Positions 25,150-37,430 of a DNA stretch of 64,000 bases are shown here, piece after piece. Below the pieces are notes generated by a model. That model searched no databases and was not told where the DNA came from. It saw only the letters and a program-made list of their open reading frames with translations. The stretch comes from Sminthopsis crassicaudata (lineage: Eukaryota). The position numbers and the translations under genes were made by a program. The stretch covers positions 286,895,238 through 286,959,237 of the forward strand of contig NC_133621.1 in assembly GCF_048593235.1 (NCBI RefSeq), read 5' to 3'. Position 1 is the first letter of the stretch. Each line of letters begins with the position of its first letter.

Positions 25150-26067
25150 TGTTAAGGACCAGACCTAAGTGTGAAAGGGCAGGTCAGTTCTCTGGAAAGC
25201 CCCCACAGCTGTGAATCATAATATACTTGAAGGAATTGCAAATGAGCCTTTACTGATGCAGATGTTGCTTATGAATTGGAAATGAAATAAATTGGAGGGA
25301 AGAGGAAAGAGGTGAGAGGTCAGAGAATGCAACTGCCTCTCAGTCTCCTTGTATCTATCATCCTCTCACATGAAGAATTCTACTCTGCTGGTCAGAATTA
25401 GACCCCTAGTAGCCACTAGTAGGTGGCTCTCCTAACAAAACAAGTTGATGAATCTAGATCTTCTTTAGAAATTAACAGAGGCAGAGTGAAAAATTAGGAG
25501 TCTAGGAGAGTGAGACACAGCTTCCTTCTTCTAAGGAGAAGTTCCCAGAATTTGAGAGATTGGGTTTAATCCCAGGTAATTTTGTTTCCAGGTCCAGTAT
25601 ATCTTAATAAAACAAAGAAGTATAGGTGGAAAAATGAAGAAACTTTGAGAAGCTGGAAAAGTAAACAGAGAAGGTTTAAACCTGAGACCCCCCCCCTACT
25701 AAAGTGCTCCTCTGAGATCCTAACATGATAGGAACAGGACCCTGTGTTTTTAAAAGTTCTGCCAAAAGGTCAGTTCTGATAACTCTTCCCAAGTTGCTTC
25801 AAGTAGCAACCAGAGAAAGGACTCTACATCTGTTACCAGAGAACAAATTAGTTCAGGTTAGCCTAAAGGTTCTTCTTGAAAATGGAAATTAAAATGATAT
25901 GGTTCCTGCCATTAAGGAGCTTAAAAATATTCTATTGGAGACACATACAAATGTTGACCAGTTAACTAAAGTTATGAATTTAGGACCCACAGCATCTCTC
26001 AGACTACCTATTAAGTTACACTGTGATCATAATTTTCATTAGTAGAGACAATGCCAATACTGATATA

Positions 26068-26425
26068 AAGCATTATAGATTTAGGGCTAGAAAGAATCTC
26101 AAGGATGATCTTGTCCAACTCCATCATCCTACAGATGAGAAAATTGAAGCCCACTGAAGTTAAGTGACTTGTCCAAAGTCACTCAGATAATCCTGTTTTA
26201 GCTAACATTTACATGGCTGCTTTAAGATTTGCTAAGGATTTTACAAATATCTCTACCCTTACATCCCTAAGGGGTAGGTGTGCTACTATTTCACCCCTAT
26301 TTTATAGATGAGGAAACTGAGGCAGACAGGTTAAATGACTTGTCATATAATCAGTGAGTATCTGAGACTGGATTTGAACTCAGGTCTTCCTGACTTCAGG
26401 TGTATCACTCTATTCACTATACTGC
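26068..26425 (-). mobile_element. Adjacent MIR3-like and MIR/MAR1 SINEs
   Basis: 'atagatttagggctagaaag...cagatgagaaaattgaagccc' then 'tatagatgaggaaactgaggcagacaggttaaatgacttg...ggatttgaactcaggtcttcctgac'. Confidence 0.75.
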
Positions 26426-26614
26426 ATAAATTTTTATCAGGAAACAAACTCACAGAACATCTAATCCACTCCATTCATTTTATAGAAGAGTAAGCACTAG
26501 TCCAGAGGAATCAAATATCTTGGTCAAAGTCATATAGGTACAATAAAAAAGGCCAGATTTGGCACCAGATCTCATAATCCAAATTTATGGTTCTTTTCAT
26601 TGAAAGTCTGGGTT

Positions 26615-27191
26615 TCCAACACTTGAAGAATAGCTGAATAAGCTATGGCATACGAATGTAATAGAATATTATTGTTCTATAAGAAATGATCAGCAGGATG
26701 ATTTCAGAACGGCCTGGAAAGACTTAAAGGAACTGATGCTCAGTGAAGTGAGTAGAACCAAGAAAACAACAAGATTATGTGATTATCAACTCTGATGGGC
26801 ATGGCTCTTTTCAACAACAAGGTGATTCAAGGTTATTCCAATAGAATTGGAATGGAAAGAGCCATGTGTATCCAGAAAGAAGATTCGGGGAAACTGAGTG
26901 TGATCATAGCATAGTATTTTCATTTTTGTTGTTGTTTATTTGCTTTTTTTTTTTCATTTTTTTCCTTCTTGACATGATTTTTCTTATGCAGCATGATAAA
27001 TGTGGAAATATGTTTCGAATAATTACATATATTTACCCCATATTGGATTACTTGCTATCTAGGGGAGGAGGTAGGGAAAGGGGAGGAAGAAAAATTTGAA
27101 ACACGAGGTGAATGGTAATGAGTGAATGTTGAAAACGATATCTGCATGTATTTTGAAAATAAAAAACTATTCTTTAAAAAAAATTTAAAAT
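26615..27191 (+). mobile_element. 5'-truncated L1 (ORF2 end and 3' UTR) with 12-bp TSD
   Basis: 'gaataagctatggc...ggaactgatgctcagtgaagtgagtagaacc'; TSD aaagtctgggtt (26603-26614) / aaagtttgggtt (27192-27203). Confidence 0.88.
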
Positions 27192-27414
27192 AAAGTTTGG
27201 GTTCTTTTAAATATCTAGGAGTTATTCTAATATTCCCCATTTACCACAGGAAGATACAAACTACCTAAAATAGTCAAATAGCAAAAGGTCCTGTGGTATA
27301 AATGAAAGTACAATGAACTTAGAGCTAGAAAGTATGGGTTGCAATCCCAGGTTTGCCACTGATCTTGTTTAACATTGGTGGGTCTCCATTTTCTCATCTG
27401 CAAAATGAGAGGAA

Positions 27415-27662
27415 TAGGCAGCTAAGTGGTGCCATAGTGGATGGAGTATTGGTCTTGCAATCAGGAAGACTCGTCTCCCTGAGCTCAAATCTGGTCTCAG
27501 ACAACTACTAGCAGAGCAGGTCACTGTATCCTGATTGCCTCAGTTTCCTTATCTACAAAATGGTCAGGAAAAGAAAATGGCCAACCACTCTAGTATCCTA
27601 ACCAACAAAACCCCAAATGGGATCACAATGAGTTGAACACAATTGATATAATTGAACAACAA
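27415..27662 (+). mobile_element. MAR1 SINE
   Basis: tRNA-derived head 'ggcagctaagtggtgccatagtggat', CORE 'cctcagtttccttatctacaaaatg', tail 'aaaaccccaaatgggatcac...gaacaacaaa'. Confidence 0.85.
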
Positions 27663-29515
27663 AGGAGATTAGGCTAAAAAACTTAAGTTTCTTCCAGCGT
27701 TTAATGTAAACCTATAAATACCTGATAAAAATTGGTTAGTGCTTTTAACCCACTGGCTTTGGAGCAAAGGAATTGAGTCACATATCCGAACAGCTCAGAA
27801 AAAAATTTTGACAGAAATTTCTCCCTCTAACAGAGAAAAAAAAAGGGTGGGGGGAGAGAAGATGTTTATGAGAGTACAGGATACCTTAAAGGAATGAGGG
27901 CATACATCCATAGAAACAAAAATATACAGAATGGAGAGTCTCAGGTCATCCTACACAAGTCATTTATTTCATAGTTCTGCTTAAGGTGAATCCTAAAGAG
28001 AAGCTTCCTCTTTTTCAGGAAATATCCATCAAGGATAGATTATAAAACCTAAATAGGTAAGAGCTGACACTTATATAGACTATAAATATTTACATTCTCT
28101 CATTGGATACTCTGAAAGGGATGGCATTATCTTCATTTGCAAAATGAGGAAACTGAGGCTTAAAGAAGTTAAGCTCACACAGGCTACTAAGAATTTGAGA
28201 CAGGATTCCAACAGGTTTTCCCAATTTCCAAGTCCAGAGTCACCGTATCTCTCTCAAAACATTAAGATGTTCAAGGTCAGAAACTTCTTTTGTATTTTCC
28301 CCTATGATGGTTCAGACCAGAAGCAGCAGCTGAATGATATAATGACAGACTGATTTGTGACCTATTATCTATTAAGTCAAAAACCACAGCCAGTAAAACA
28401 AGCCTCCCCCAAAATCTGACAGTTCTTTGGTGGAAAGTCTGCTAAGTGCACTGGGAATAAGAACACCCCAGCACACTCTGAAATCACTGTCAAGGCTATG
28501 TAAAGCATGTCTAAATGCTAGGTCATCCTAGCTTTGCAAACTGTCTCTCATCATGATTAGATATGTGCAGCCTGATATTTTTAAATAAAATTGAAACACA
28601 GCTCTTTCTTCTATTGAATCTGACCAGGAATGACTAAAAGAATCATAGTTAGCTAGCCTGTACACAGCAAATCAAGGGTTGTTTTATGTGTTATTTCATC
28701 TGACCTTAGCAAACACCCTGAGAAGTCGGTGTGATTATTCTCCCCATTTTACAGATCAGGAAACTGAAACAGAGAAGTTAAGTGACTTACCTAGGATTAC
28801 CTGCATAATAAATGTCTGAACTCAGATTTCCCTGACCCAAAGACTACTGATTTAGCCATCTAATGCCTTCAGCATCAAAGGGTTACATTATTTCACTGAA
28901 ATCTTTGTATTCCCAGTACCTAGTAGAGAATCTGGCACACAGTAGATGCTTAATAAATGCTTATTTCTCTTCTCCTAACATCTACTACCCTCTATGAGCC
29001 CTCTCTCCTCTTAGAATATAAACTCTTTAAAGACAGAAAAAATGTCACTTTTTTTCTTGACAACCATAGCTCAGCACAGGGTCATCATAAAGAGAATAAA
29101 TACTTAACATTTTCTCATCCATTCAATTAATTCTTGATTGATTGTGTGAGAGTTAGGGTGCCTGTCATCTGACCTCTTTTTGAAGCATGAAATTCTTCTC
29201 CAAAATCCCCAACAGTCAGCCTCCTCTCGAATATGTGCAAGGACAGGAGACTCACTAGACCTAATGAGACAACTCATTCCATTTTTAGACAGCCCTTATC
29301 ATTTGGAAGAAGTTATTGCTTTTATTGAGCTGAAACCTGACTCCTTATATAACTTCCATCCCACTAGTCGGAATACTTGCCTCCAGGACCAAAAAGAATA
29401 AGCCCAATTCCTCTACCACAGGACCTCTCCAATATCATAAAGCAAGTAGTATTCTCCAGTGTCTTTTCATCGGTCATTGCTTCACATTCATTGTTGATTG
29501 AGTCATTGTCTAGAT

Positions 29516-29701
29516 CCCAGCTTCTTAAACTGAAGACCCTATAAGGGGTCTTGTAATTGAATGTGGGGATTTCAAAATTATAATTTATTATCAGTAAATG
29601 TTTAATTTGTATACCTATCTTATATGCCTATATATTCAGGATCATGTCAAAATTTCTTGAGCAAAAAATGGGTTTGAGTGGAAAAAGTTTTAAAAGCCTT
29701 G
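29516..29701. mobile_element. CheshMITE-like hAT-Charlie MITE
   Basis: 'cagcttcttaaactg...gagtggaaaaagttttaaaagcc' flanked by TCTAGA-centred 8-mers gtctagat / ctctagac. Confidence 0.78.
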
Positions 29702-29981
29702 CTCTAGACAAAAATAAACAGTTTTTAGGAGACAGAGTTGGAAAGGATCTAGCCCAATTGTTTCATTTTATAGATGAGGAAACTGAGACTCAGAGATGTG
29801 AAATGACTTGCCTGGTCACACAGTTAGTGAATGCCCCAGTAAGTTTCAAATTCAAATTCCAAATTCAGGGGACTGGCAATTTTTTCCACTGCTGATTAAA
29901 TGTGTGACAATTTATCAAAATCCTTCACCAAATGCAGTCAGTATTTATAGGCAGAATCGTGCAGTGTGTTATCATTGTAAC

Positions 29982-30337
29982 CCCAGTAATCTTAAACTGT
30001 GGTCAAAACCCATATGGGGTCATGTAACTGAATGTGGAGAACTCAAAAAATTTGGCAAAAAAAAATTAAACAATTAAAAAAATTTCTGCCAAGATTTAAT
30101 TCTTTATATAAAATAATTAAGCATATCCATCTCATTAATATGCAAATTTGATTCCCTCTTTAATAAATGATAAAAATTATATGTATGCCAAAGAATTGTT
30201 TCAAAATAAATTTCTTTATGATTTATATCAGTAAATGTTTGATTTTTATATTTATTTTATATTTCTATATACTCAAGGTCACATAAAAATTTCTTGGACA
30301 AAAAGTGGTCATGAGTGGAAAAAGTTTAAGAAGTCTG
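29982..30337. mobile_element. Longer (~356 bp) CheshMITE-like hAT element
   Basis: Same termini ('cttaaactgtggtc...gagtggaaaaagtttaagaagtctg') with extra internal AT-rich sequence. Confidence 0.72.
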
Positions 30338-30803
30338 ATCTAGGATACAGCTATACTATAACTAAATATAATGATTAATAACCATCATCATCAATTTATA
30401 CAGTGTTTACCTTGTGCCAAGCACTGTGCTATGCACTTCATTTCCTTTGATTCTCACAACTCTGTAAGGTAGCTATTATTATCACCATTTTGCCGATGAG
30501 GAAACTGAGGCAAAAAGGTCTTAAGCAAGGTTTTCCGTTCAGTTCTTCCTGACTTCCTACAGAAAGTATTCTCCATAATATTTCTAATCTAACATCCCTA
30601 GAACTAAACAAATAATGTCAGCATATTACTTCTTCTCAATTTCCTTGATTGTATCATTATCTAAGTCTCATCACCTAACCATGAGTATTCACCAAAACTC
30701 TTATATGGAATCTTGTCGCTTTTCTCTCTACACTCACTTGGTAATCTCATCAGTTTCCATGAGTTCATTTCTCATCTCTAAACAGATAATTCCCAAATCT
30801 GTA

Positions 30804-30879
30804 CAGGGTGTCCCAAAAGTTTTAGTGTAATTGGGAGCTCTCACGGCTTCCAAAGGCACCAAGACTTTTAGGTTACCTG
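30804..30879. mobile_element. ~76-bp Tc1/mariner-type MITE with TA target duplication
   Basis: TA|cagggtgtcccaaaagttttagtg ... gcaccaagacttttaggttacctg|TA; imperfect TIRs. Confidence 0.75.
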
Positions 30880-31012
30880 TATATCCAACTTCAGTCTCCT
30901 GAACATGACCAAATAGATATCTTACAATCCTACAGTATGCCTAAAACACAATCCTTTTTCTCCTTAAACCTGCCCCTCCCCCAAATTTCTCTATTTTTAT
31001 GTGGGTGGAAAG

Positions 31013-31199
31013 AGAGGTTCTTAACCTGGGATTTATGAATTTTTAAATACCTTGATAAACATGGGTTAATGTAATTGATCTCTATAGTCCTAAATGTCTT
31101 ATTTTAAGCATTTAAAATACATTATTCTGAGGAATCCACAAACTTTGACAAATGGCCAAACACAAGGTCCACAACACATCAAAAACAATTAGGAATCCT
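31013..31199. mobile_element. hAT-Charlie-type MITE
   Basis: 'ggttcttaacctggg...ttttaagcatttaaaatacattattctgag...ggtccacaacac...attaggaatcc'; similar to 40.8 and 48.3 kb copies. Confidence 0.65.
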
Positions 31200-32084
31200 A
31201 TTATCTTTCTAGTCAACCAGATTCACAACCATAGAGTCATCCTCAACTTTTCTTTCTCTTTCATCCCCAATATCCAACAGACAGCCAAGTCTTCTTAATT
31301 CTACCTGAACATTTCCTTTTATTTCCATTCACATAGCATTTATCCTAATCCATGCCCTCAATACTTCTCACCTGGATATCTATGACAGCTTCCTCTTAGT
31401 CTCCTTTCATTCAATGACTCCTTCTAATCCATCTTTCATACAATTTCTAATATCAACTTCCCAAAGGATAGAACTGGACATGATATCCCCCAATTATACA
31501 CGTACTGCTTCAAAGATAAAATACAGACTCCACATTTTAGCAAGTCTGCTTCTTGCCTTCATTGTTAGTTAATGTCACAATAATCACATTAAATTATTTC
31601 CAGAAAAACTGGCTTTTTTTGTTGTTCCACAAACATGGCAATCCAGCTTTTAAAATCCTTAACTTATTTAAGAATTCAACTCAAGTGGCAGTTCTCATAG
31701 GAAGGACCCTTCCTAATACTCTCCCTGACCTCAAATTATCATGTATTAATTATCTTCAGATAGCACCAGTGGCACACTTAGTTAGAAATAGAGACCACTA
31801 ACCATGCAGAAGAATCCCTGCTGGATGCATACTAACTTAGAATATTATCTATATTCTAGTTTATTTTTATTTATTCTGCTAAATACTTTCCAATTATATT
31901 TTCATCTGGTTCTGGGCTTCCCAAAGATCTTTTGTTTGACACCTTTAGTGTATGTTCGGAATCACCCTTCCTGTAGAATATGTCTTTAGAAGATGTGTTT
32001 GTTTTTTTTATTTTATCTTTATAATCACAACTCCTTGTACATAATTGCTATCTGCATGCACTTATTGAGGTTAGAGACAACTAA

Positions 32085-32315
32085 GGGGTATAAAGGATAC
32101 AGTTCTGGAACTGGAGTTCAAATCCAGGCTCAGAAACTTGCAAGCTGTGTGAACCTAGACAAGTCACTTAACTTGTCTGCCTCAGTTTCCTATCCTTTTA
32201 ATGGACATAAAAACACATATCTCCAAGGGTTGTTGAAAAGGGCTATTTGTAAAGTACTTTAGGATAGTGGGTGGTACATAATAAGTGCTATAAAAATGTT
32301 AGCTGTAGTTATTAT
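32085..32315 (+). mobile_element. MIR CORE-SINE
   Basis: 'ggagttcaaatccaggctc...gctgtgtgaacctagacaagtcacttaacttgtctgcctcagtttcct...gggttgttgaaaagg'. Confidence 0.8.
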
Positions 32316-33727
32316 TATTGACTTTAGAAATCAGAAGAAAGCAAGATATTTTATTTTGTTTAATTCGTAATGATTTGTTCAAAGCAATAGGAAGATGTCA
32401 TCTTTTGATTCTGACCAAAATCAGAGTCAGAAGACCATACATTCAAGGCTGATTGAGATTTATAAGGCCATCTAATCCAACCCTTACAATTTTCCAGCAA
32501 GGAAACTGGTTTTCTGAGAAGGCTAAGTGAATTGCCAGGGGTCACACACATGGTAAACATCTGAGACAACATCTGAACTGAGCTGCACAGAAGGTTCATT
32601 CCTACCCTATTCTACAGACTCCCCATAGCTTTCAGGGCAGAGCTTAGATATTATTGTGGGTTCTTCAAAATAATGCCTCTGAGCACTGAAATATTCTAAA
32701 ATGGCCAAATATTTCCCAGAGTTCTTCTGAGATTTAGGATTTATGAGGGCAGGAAGCCCCAAAATAACATCCAGTCGCAGAATAGAAATCTCCAGATTTT
32801 GAAAATATGAATGGAGGGGTAAAATTTCTCTTAAATTCCCCTCCAACTTCAGACTTGCACTGCATACCCATCATTTGGAAATTATTCCCCTTCCTATCAT
32901 TTACAAGAGTTAGCAGATTGTGTACACACACACAATGAAGTTGTTCCTTCTGGGTTTTCACAAGCATAAGAAACCCATTTTTTCTTTCCCATTTTTTGTT
33001 CCTTCAGAAGAGTTGGAGGCACTTTGCAATCTTAAGCAGAGCTCCCCCAATTATGTTTACTCACTCCAGGGACAGAGTTAGTTTTGTATAAATAGATTAA
33101 ATTTGCTTGATTGTTCTTTCCCAGTAAAGACTAAGTTAACGTCAAGCTTACAACAGATAGCTTTATTTGCTTCTGACAAAGACATATGGTGCCCAAATTT
33201 CTCCCTTGCTAATTCAATAACATCTGAATTAGCCATAAAAATATCCCACTGGTTCGAGTCCTCGAAGGCTATACATTTATGTCTCTCAAGTGTGTGGGTG
33301 TAGGAGCCCATGTGACTCTTGTCAGTAGGCAGAAAATACAGCCAAGCCCAATGGAGGGGGAAGACCCCAGATACTTGTTCTAAGCAGATCCTGGGGAGGT
33401 GACCACAGATTATGGCATCATTTATTTAGACCAAAAAAGAACCTTAGATGTCATCTAGCTCAACCCCTAGATTTTACAGATGAGGAAACAGAAGTGACGT
33501 GACTAGCTCACAATCACCCAAGTAGTAAATGAGAGAGAATTTGAACCTTAGTCCTCAAATCCATACCTGGTGCTCTTTCCATTGTACCATCTGAGAACTG
33601 GAAAGACAAGATAAGATAGGGTAAGAAAGGAATTTCCCTAAGCCTACCATGTGGTATTTCCTATTTTAACTACTTTACTCAGTAAGTGTGAAGCTCTTTT
33701 TTGTTTATAAGATATGAAAGGAGAAAA

Positions 33728-33970
33728 GGGCAGTTAGGTGTGCCATAGTGGATACAGTCCCAAACTTGGAATCTGGAAGGTTCATCTTCCTGAGTTCAAA
33801 TCCAGGCTCAGACACTTATGAGCTGTGCCCCTAGGCAAATCACTTAATGCTGTTGAACTCAGTTTTTTTCATCTAAAATCATCAGGAGAAGGAAATGGCA
33901 AATCACTCCAGTACCTTTGCCAAGAAAACTCCAAATGGGGTCAAGAAGAATTGAACATGACAAACAAATT
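33728..33970 (+). mobile_element. MAR1 SINE
   Basis: Head 'gggcagttaggtgtgccatagtggata'; tail 'ggagaaggaaatggcaaatcactccagtacctttgccaagaaaactccaaatgggg'. Confidence 0.85.
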
Positions 33971-34591
33971 GCAAAAAAAGACTGAAAATATAATGTCTTC
34001 TAACTTCAGTGCCCTGGAATGAAGCTCTGATCTCCTTCCCTTTGTTTCATTTTTCTTCATCCTCATCCTCATCATCTTTGTGACTGTTATTATTATTATC
34101 ATTATTATTGCCAAATGAGTGATATGGACAGAAAATACAGCTGAGAGGCAAGAGTGATTATGGCAGGCTAGAGAGAGAAGATTCAATTCTTTTCTAGGAA
34201 TAACTTTCTAATCAATCTCTGATATGCTTTCAACTCATCTTATCTTTAAGAGAATCTCCAAGCTTTCTCTCAGTCATCTCATTGGTCACCTGCCATTCCA
34301 GCCATCATCCTCATCTCTCTCTCACCTGAACCTTAGAACCCTGTAAAACTGGACTCTTAACAATGACCTATTACCTCATTTTTTCTGGCACCAAACCCCT
34401 AAACCACTTTTTCTCTACACACCACATTGCCTGTATTGTAGTCATTTTCTTCCATGAGAACCTTAAAGTTTGACTTCATCTTGTCCTGGACTAGTCTATT
34501 TTCAAACCATACCTCTGTATTCCCAGATACTTTTTCAGTTTCTCTTTATATGTTGTCTTCCCTCATTCAAACACAATCTTTTTAAGAGCAA

Positions 34592-34658
34592 AGACTTCCT
34601 TTGCTTGCCTATGTTTTGATCCACAGACTTTCTTTGCTTGCCTATGTTTTGATCCACA
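34592..34658. repeat. 33-bp tandem duplication inside an L2 3' remnant
   Basis: 'agactt(c/t)ctttgcttgcctatgttttgatccac' starts at 34592 and 34625. Confidence 0.9.
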
Positions 34659-36884
34659 TTTCTTAATATATAATGCCCAGCACACAGTAGTCAACAAACA
34701 CTTTATCTGTCTGAACCTTTTTTATTTAAAACTAAGTCTCTTTTACTTAAAGTACTAGCTATCTAACCTTTCTGTCCCTGGAGAATTCATCTCAGATTTA
34801 TGTATTTAGATATATGTTGCATTTTCCAACAGAAAATACATTCCTTGAGGGTAGGAGTTGTTTTTCCTTTCTATATAGGCTGTTGGATTCAATAACCTCT
34901 GGACTCTCAGTTTTAGTGCCTGAAACATAGTAAATGTTGAATAAGTGGTTGTTCAGTTTCATTGATTTGAATCACGAGGTCAGGGAAAGAATGAATGCTT
35001 TTGATCCCAATGACCCATGGAGATGATTCACTATGGCACATAGTGAAGGTGGGGGCAAGAAATAGGATTTCCATATAGTAAGCATACCCAAATGATGATG
35101 GCTCCAAATAGGATAAAGAGTTTTGACCTGAACTTATCAGTCATTAAGAAGTCTATAAGTATAGGAATAGTATGAATGTATTAGAGAAAATGATAGAGAG
35201 TTCTGTTGCCCTTCAGGATGTCCTGGTTTTTCATTCCCATGAGAATCTTAAGCAACCATTTGTCATTTCTTTAATTGGAAATTAATCCTAATTCCCAATT
35301 AGAATCATAATCCCACAATTTCTTTATTCTTTAGCAACTTTTATCATTTCAATCATTGACCCAGTGGGCCAACGGGCTGTACAACAGACACAGACAAACA
35401 ACCAAAGTCTACACGGCAACAATGCTATACACCAAGTCTCTGTGTGATGGTACAACAGAACTAACATAAGGACTAAGTGCCAGGCAGTTACTAATTGCAT
35501 CAATTAATCAAGAAACGCATGCCCTTGGTCAGAAGAAAAACCTGAACTTGAACTTCCTAGCTAGGAAGATGACTTTCCATCCACTCAACCCCCTCTCAGG
35601 ATTTAGAAGGGAGTTGTTGGTTCAACTAAACTAGCAAATGAGAGCAAACAGATGTTATCCATGGTCCTGAACCGACCAGGTCAAGACCATTTCTGTCCAA
35701 GGTCTAAAATCTCCAAATAATTTGTCCTGGTCACTTCAACAGACCAGCAGTGTTTTCAACCTATTTAGCTATAACTGACAGCCATAAGGAAAGCAGCTAG
35801 ACTGCCTTGGTACCAATGACTGTTCTTTGGGGCTGAGAAAAGTAAAGACACTAAGATGAAACATTTATAGGAAAAATATCATAGAATAAGAATTTGCACT
35901 TTTTGAGGACAAGGACTTCTCTCTTTTATATTTGCATTTCTAGTGTCTGGTATACAATAGGCATTTAATAAATTCTTTTTTCATTAATTTCTTTCTTCCA
36001 ATTTCTTGTGACCTTGATCCATTTTGGCATAGGCCTATAATCCCTTAAGATCCTTGCTTATATGCTTGTGGTTTAATTTGGTACCCAGAAGCATATTTTG
36101 TGAGTCCCTGAGAGAGGTGGTTTTCCTTACAGGGTTTCAATGTAACACAAACAGACAGAGACAGAGACAGAGACAGAGAGAGAAAGAGACTGAGACTCTG
36201 CCTTCCATCTGAACTTGCTTACTTCTTGATCTCCAAGTATATTACACTCTGATCTTTGTACAAACTGTGCCCTCTGCCATGAATGTGTGTCCACTTATAT
36301 CTCTGAATCTGCAGATTCCTTCAAAGCTCAGCCCAAGCACCACCTTGTACATGCAGCCCTCCCTGTTTCTACCTATCAATGCCATTCACAGTCCTGGCCA
36401 AAGCCACCTCATGTGCACTGGGCATGTGGGTATGTGCCAATAATGAATTTCATGAAGTGATTTGACTCTGCTTTGCATATCTCCACTGAACCAATTACCA
36501 TATTTTCTATAATTATAAATTTTAAATAGTTTGAATTAGATTACCTGTGAGCATGTCATAGAATTGATTACAAATTAGGGCCTGGCTATACCAACAGAAT
36601 ATGAGCCCCTTGAAGGGATTGCTGTTTTATTTTTGCCTTTCTATGTTTTATACCTAGCATAGTGCCAGGTACATTTTTGGTTTGTTTGGGAATTGGACCG
36701 GGGGAGTTACCTAAGAACCTGTATTTTCGTGAATACAAGGAACTCCTGTTAAAGAAGCTCCCCCGTCAATGAAGACTTTGATATTTTTGACTCAAGAATT
36801 ACCTAGGGTGTTCAGAAGATGTAATTCCCCCAATGATATCACTTGAACCCAGGTCTTTTTTACTCTGAGGCCAAGTTTCTACAT

Positions 36885-37054
36885 NNNNNNNNNNNNNNNN
36901 NNNNNNNNNNNNNNNNNNNNNNNNNNNNNNNNNNNNNNNNNNNNNNNNNNNNNNNNNNNNNNNNNNNNNNNNNNNNNNNNNNNNNNNNNNNNNNNNNNNN
37001 NNNNNNNNNNNNNNNNNNNNNNNNNNNNNNNNNNNNNNNNNNNNNNNNNNNNNN
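36885..37054. other. Assembly gap (170 N)
   Basis: Run of N. Confidence 0.99.
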
Positions 37055-37214
37055 GTCTCTGTCTTTTTGTCTCTCATACATAGCGCTGTGTTCATTGTTT
37101 GATTGATTAATTGACTGACTGTGCCTGGATGGCAAGTTACCATTAAAGAAAGACCCAAGCCAAGCAGTGCTTTTGCCCATTCTCTAGCTATGTCTCTGTC
37201 TTACACTTGGGATT

Positions 37215-37430
37215 TTGAGTTGTTTTTCTATTCTGACTCCATTTGAGGTTTTCTTTGCCAAGAGTGGCTCGCCATTTCTTTCTCCAATTCCTTTTACAGA
37301 TAATGAAACTGAGGCAAATAGGGTTAAGTGACTCACCAAGGAACCTACAGCTAGTAAGTATATGAGGTCAGATTGAGCTGGGGGAGATAAGTCATCCTGA
37401 CTCCAGCCCTGGCTTTATGACCCTCCCTGC
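37215..37430 (-). mobile_element. MAR1 SINE (reverse)
   Basis: 'ccatttgaggttttctttgcc...gccatttctttctcc...tttacagataatgaaactgaggcaaatagggttaagtgac'. Confidence 0.8.

Larger units (their letters stand above)
24403..25437 (+). mobile_element. Miniature non-autonomous ERV (ERV2/betaretrovirus-like): LTR-PBS-457 bp internal-PPT-LTR
   Basis: 5' LTR 24403-24692 and 3' LTR 25150-25437, both starting TGTTAAG and ~88% identical by manual alignment; PBS 24695-24712; PPT 25131-25149; TSD aaagaa/aaacaa. Confidence 0.93.
30690..31760 (+). mobile_element. L2 LINE remnant (RT region to 3' end), interrupted by two MITEs
   Basis: 'ctctacactcacttggtaatctcatcagtttccatgag...ctctaaacagataattcccaaatc' is a decayed L2 LYT.SLG.LI..HG..YHLYADDSQI segment; downstream L2 landmarks present. 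Confidence 0.75.
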
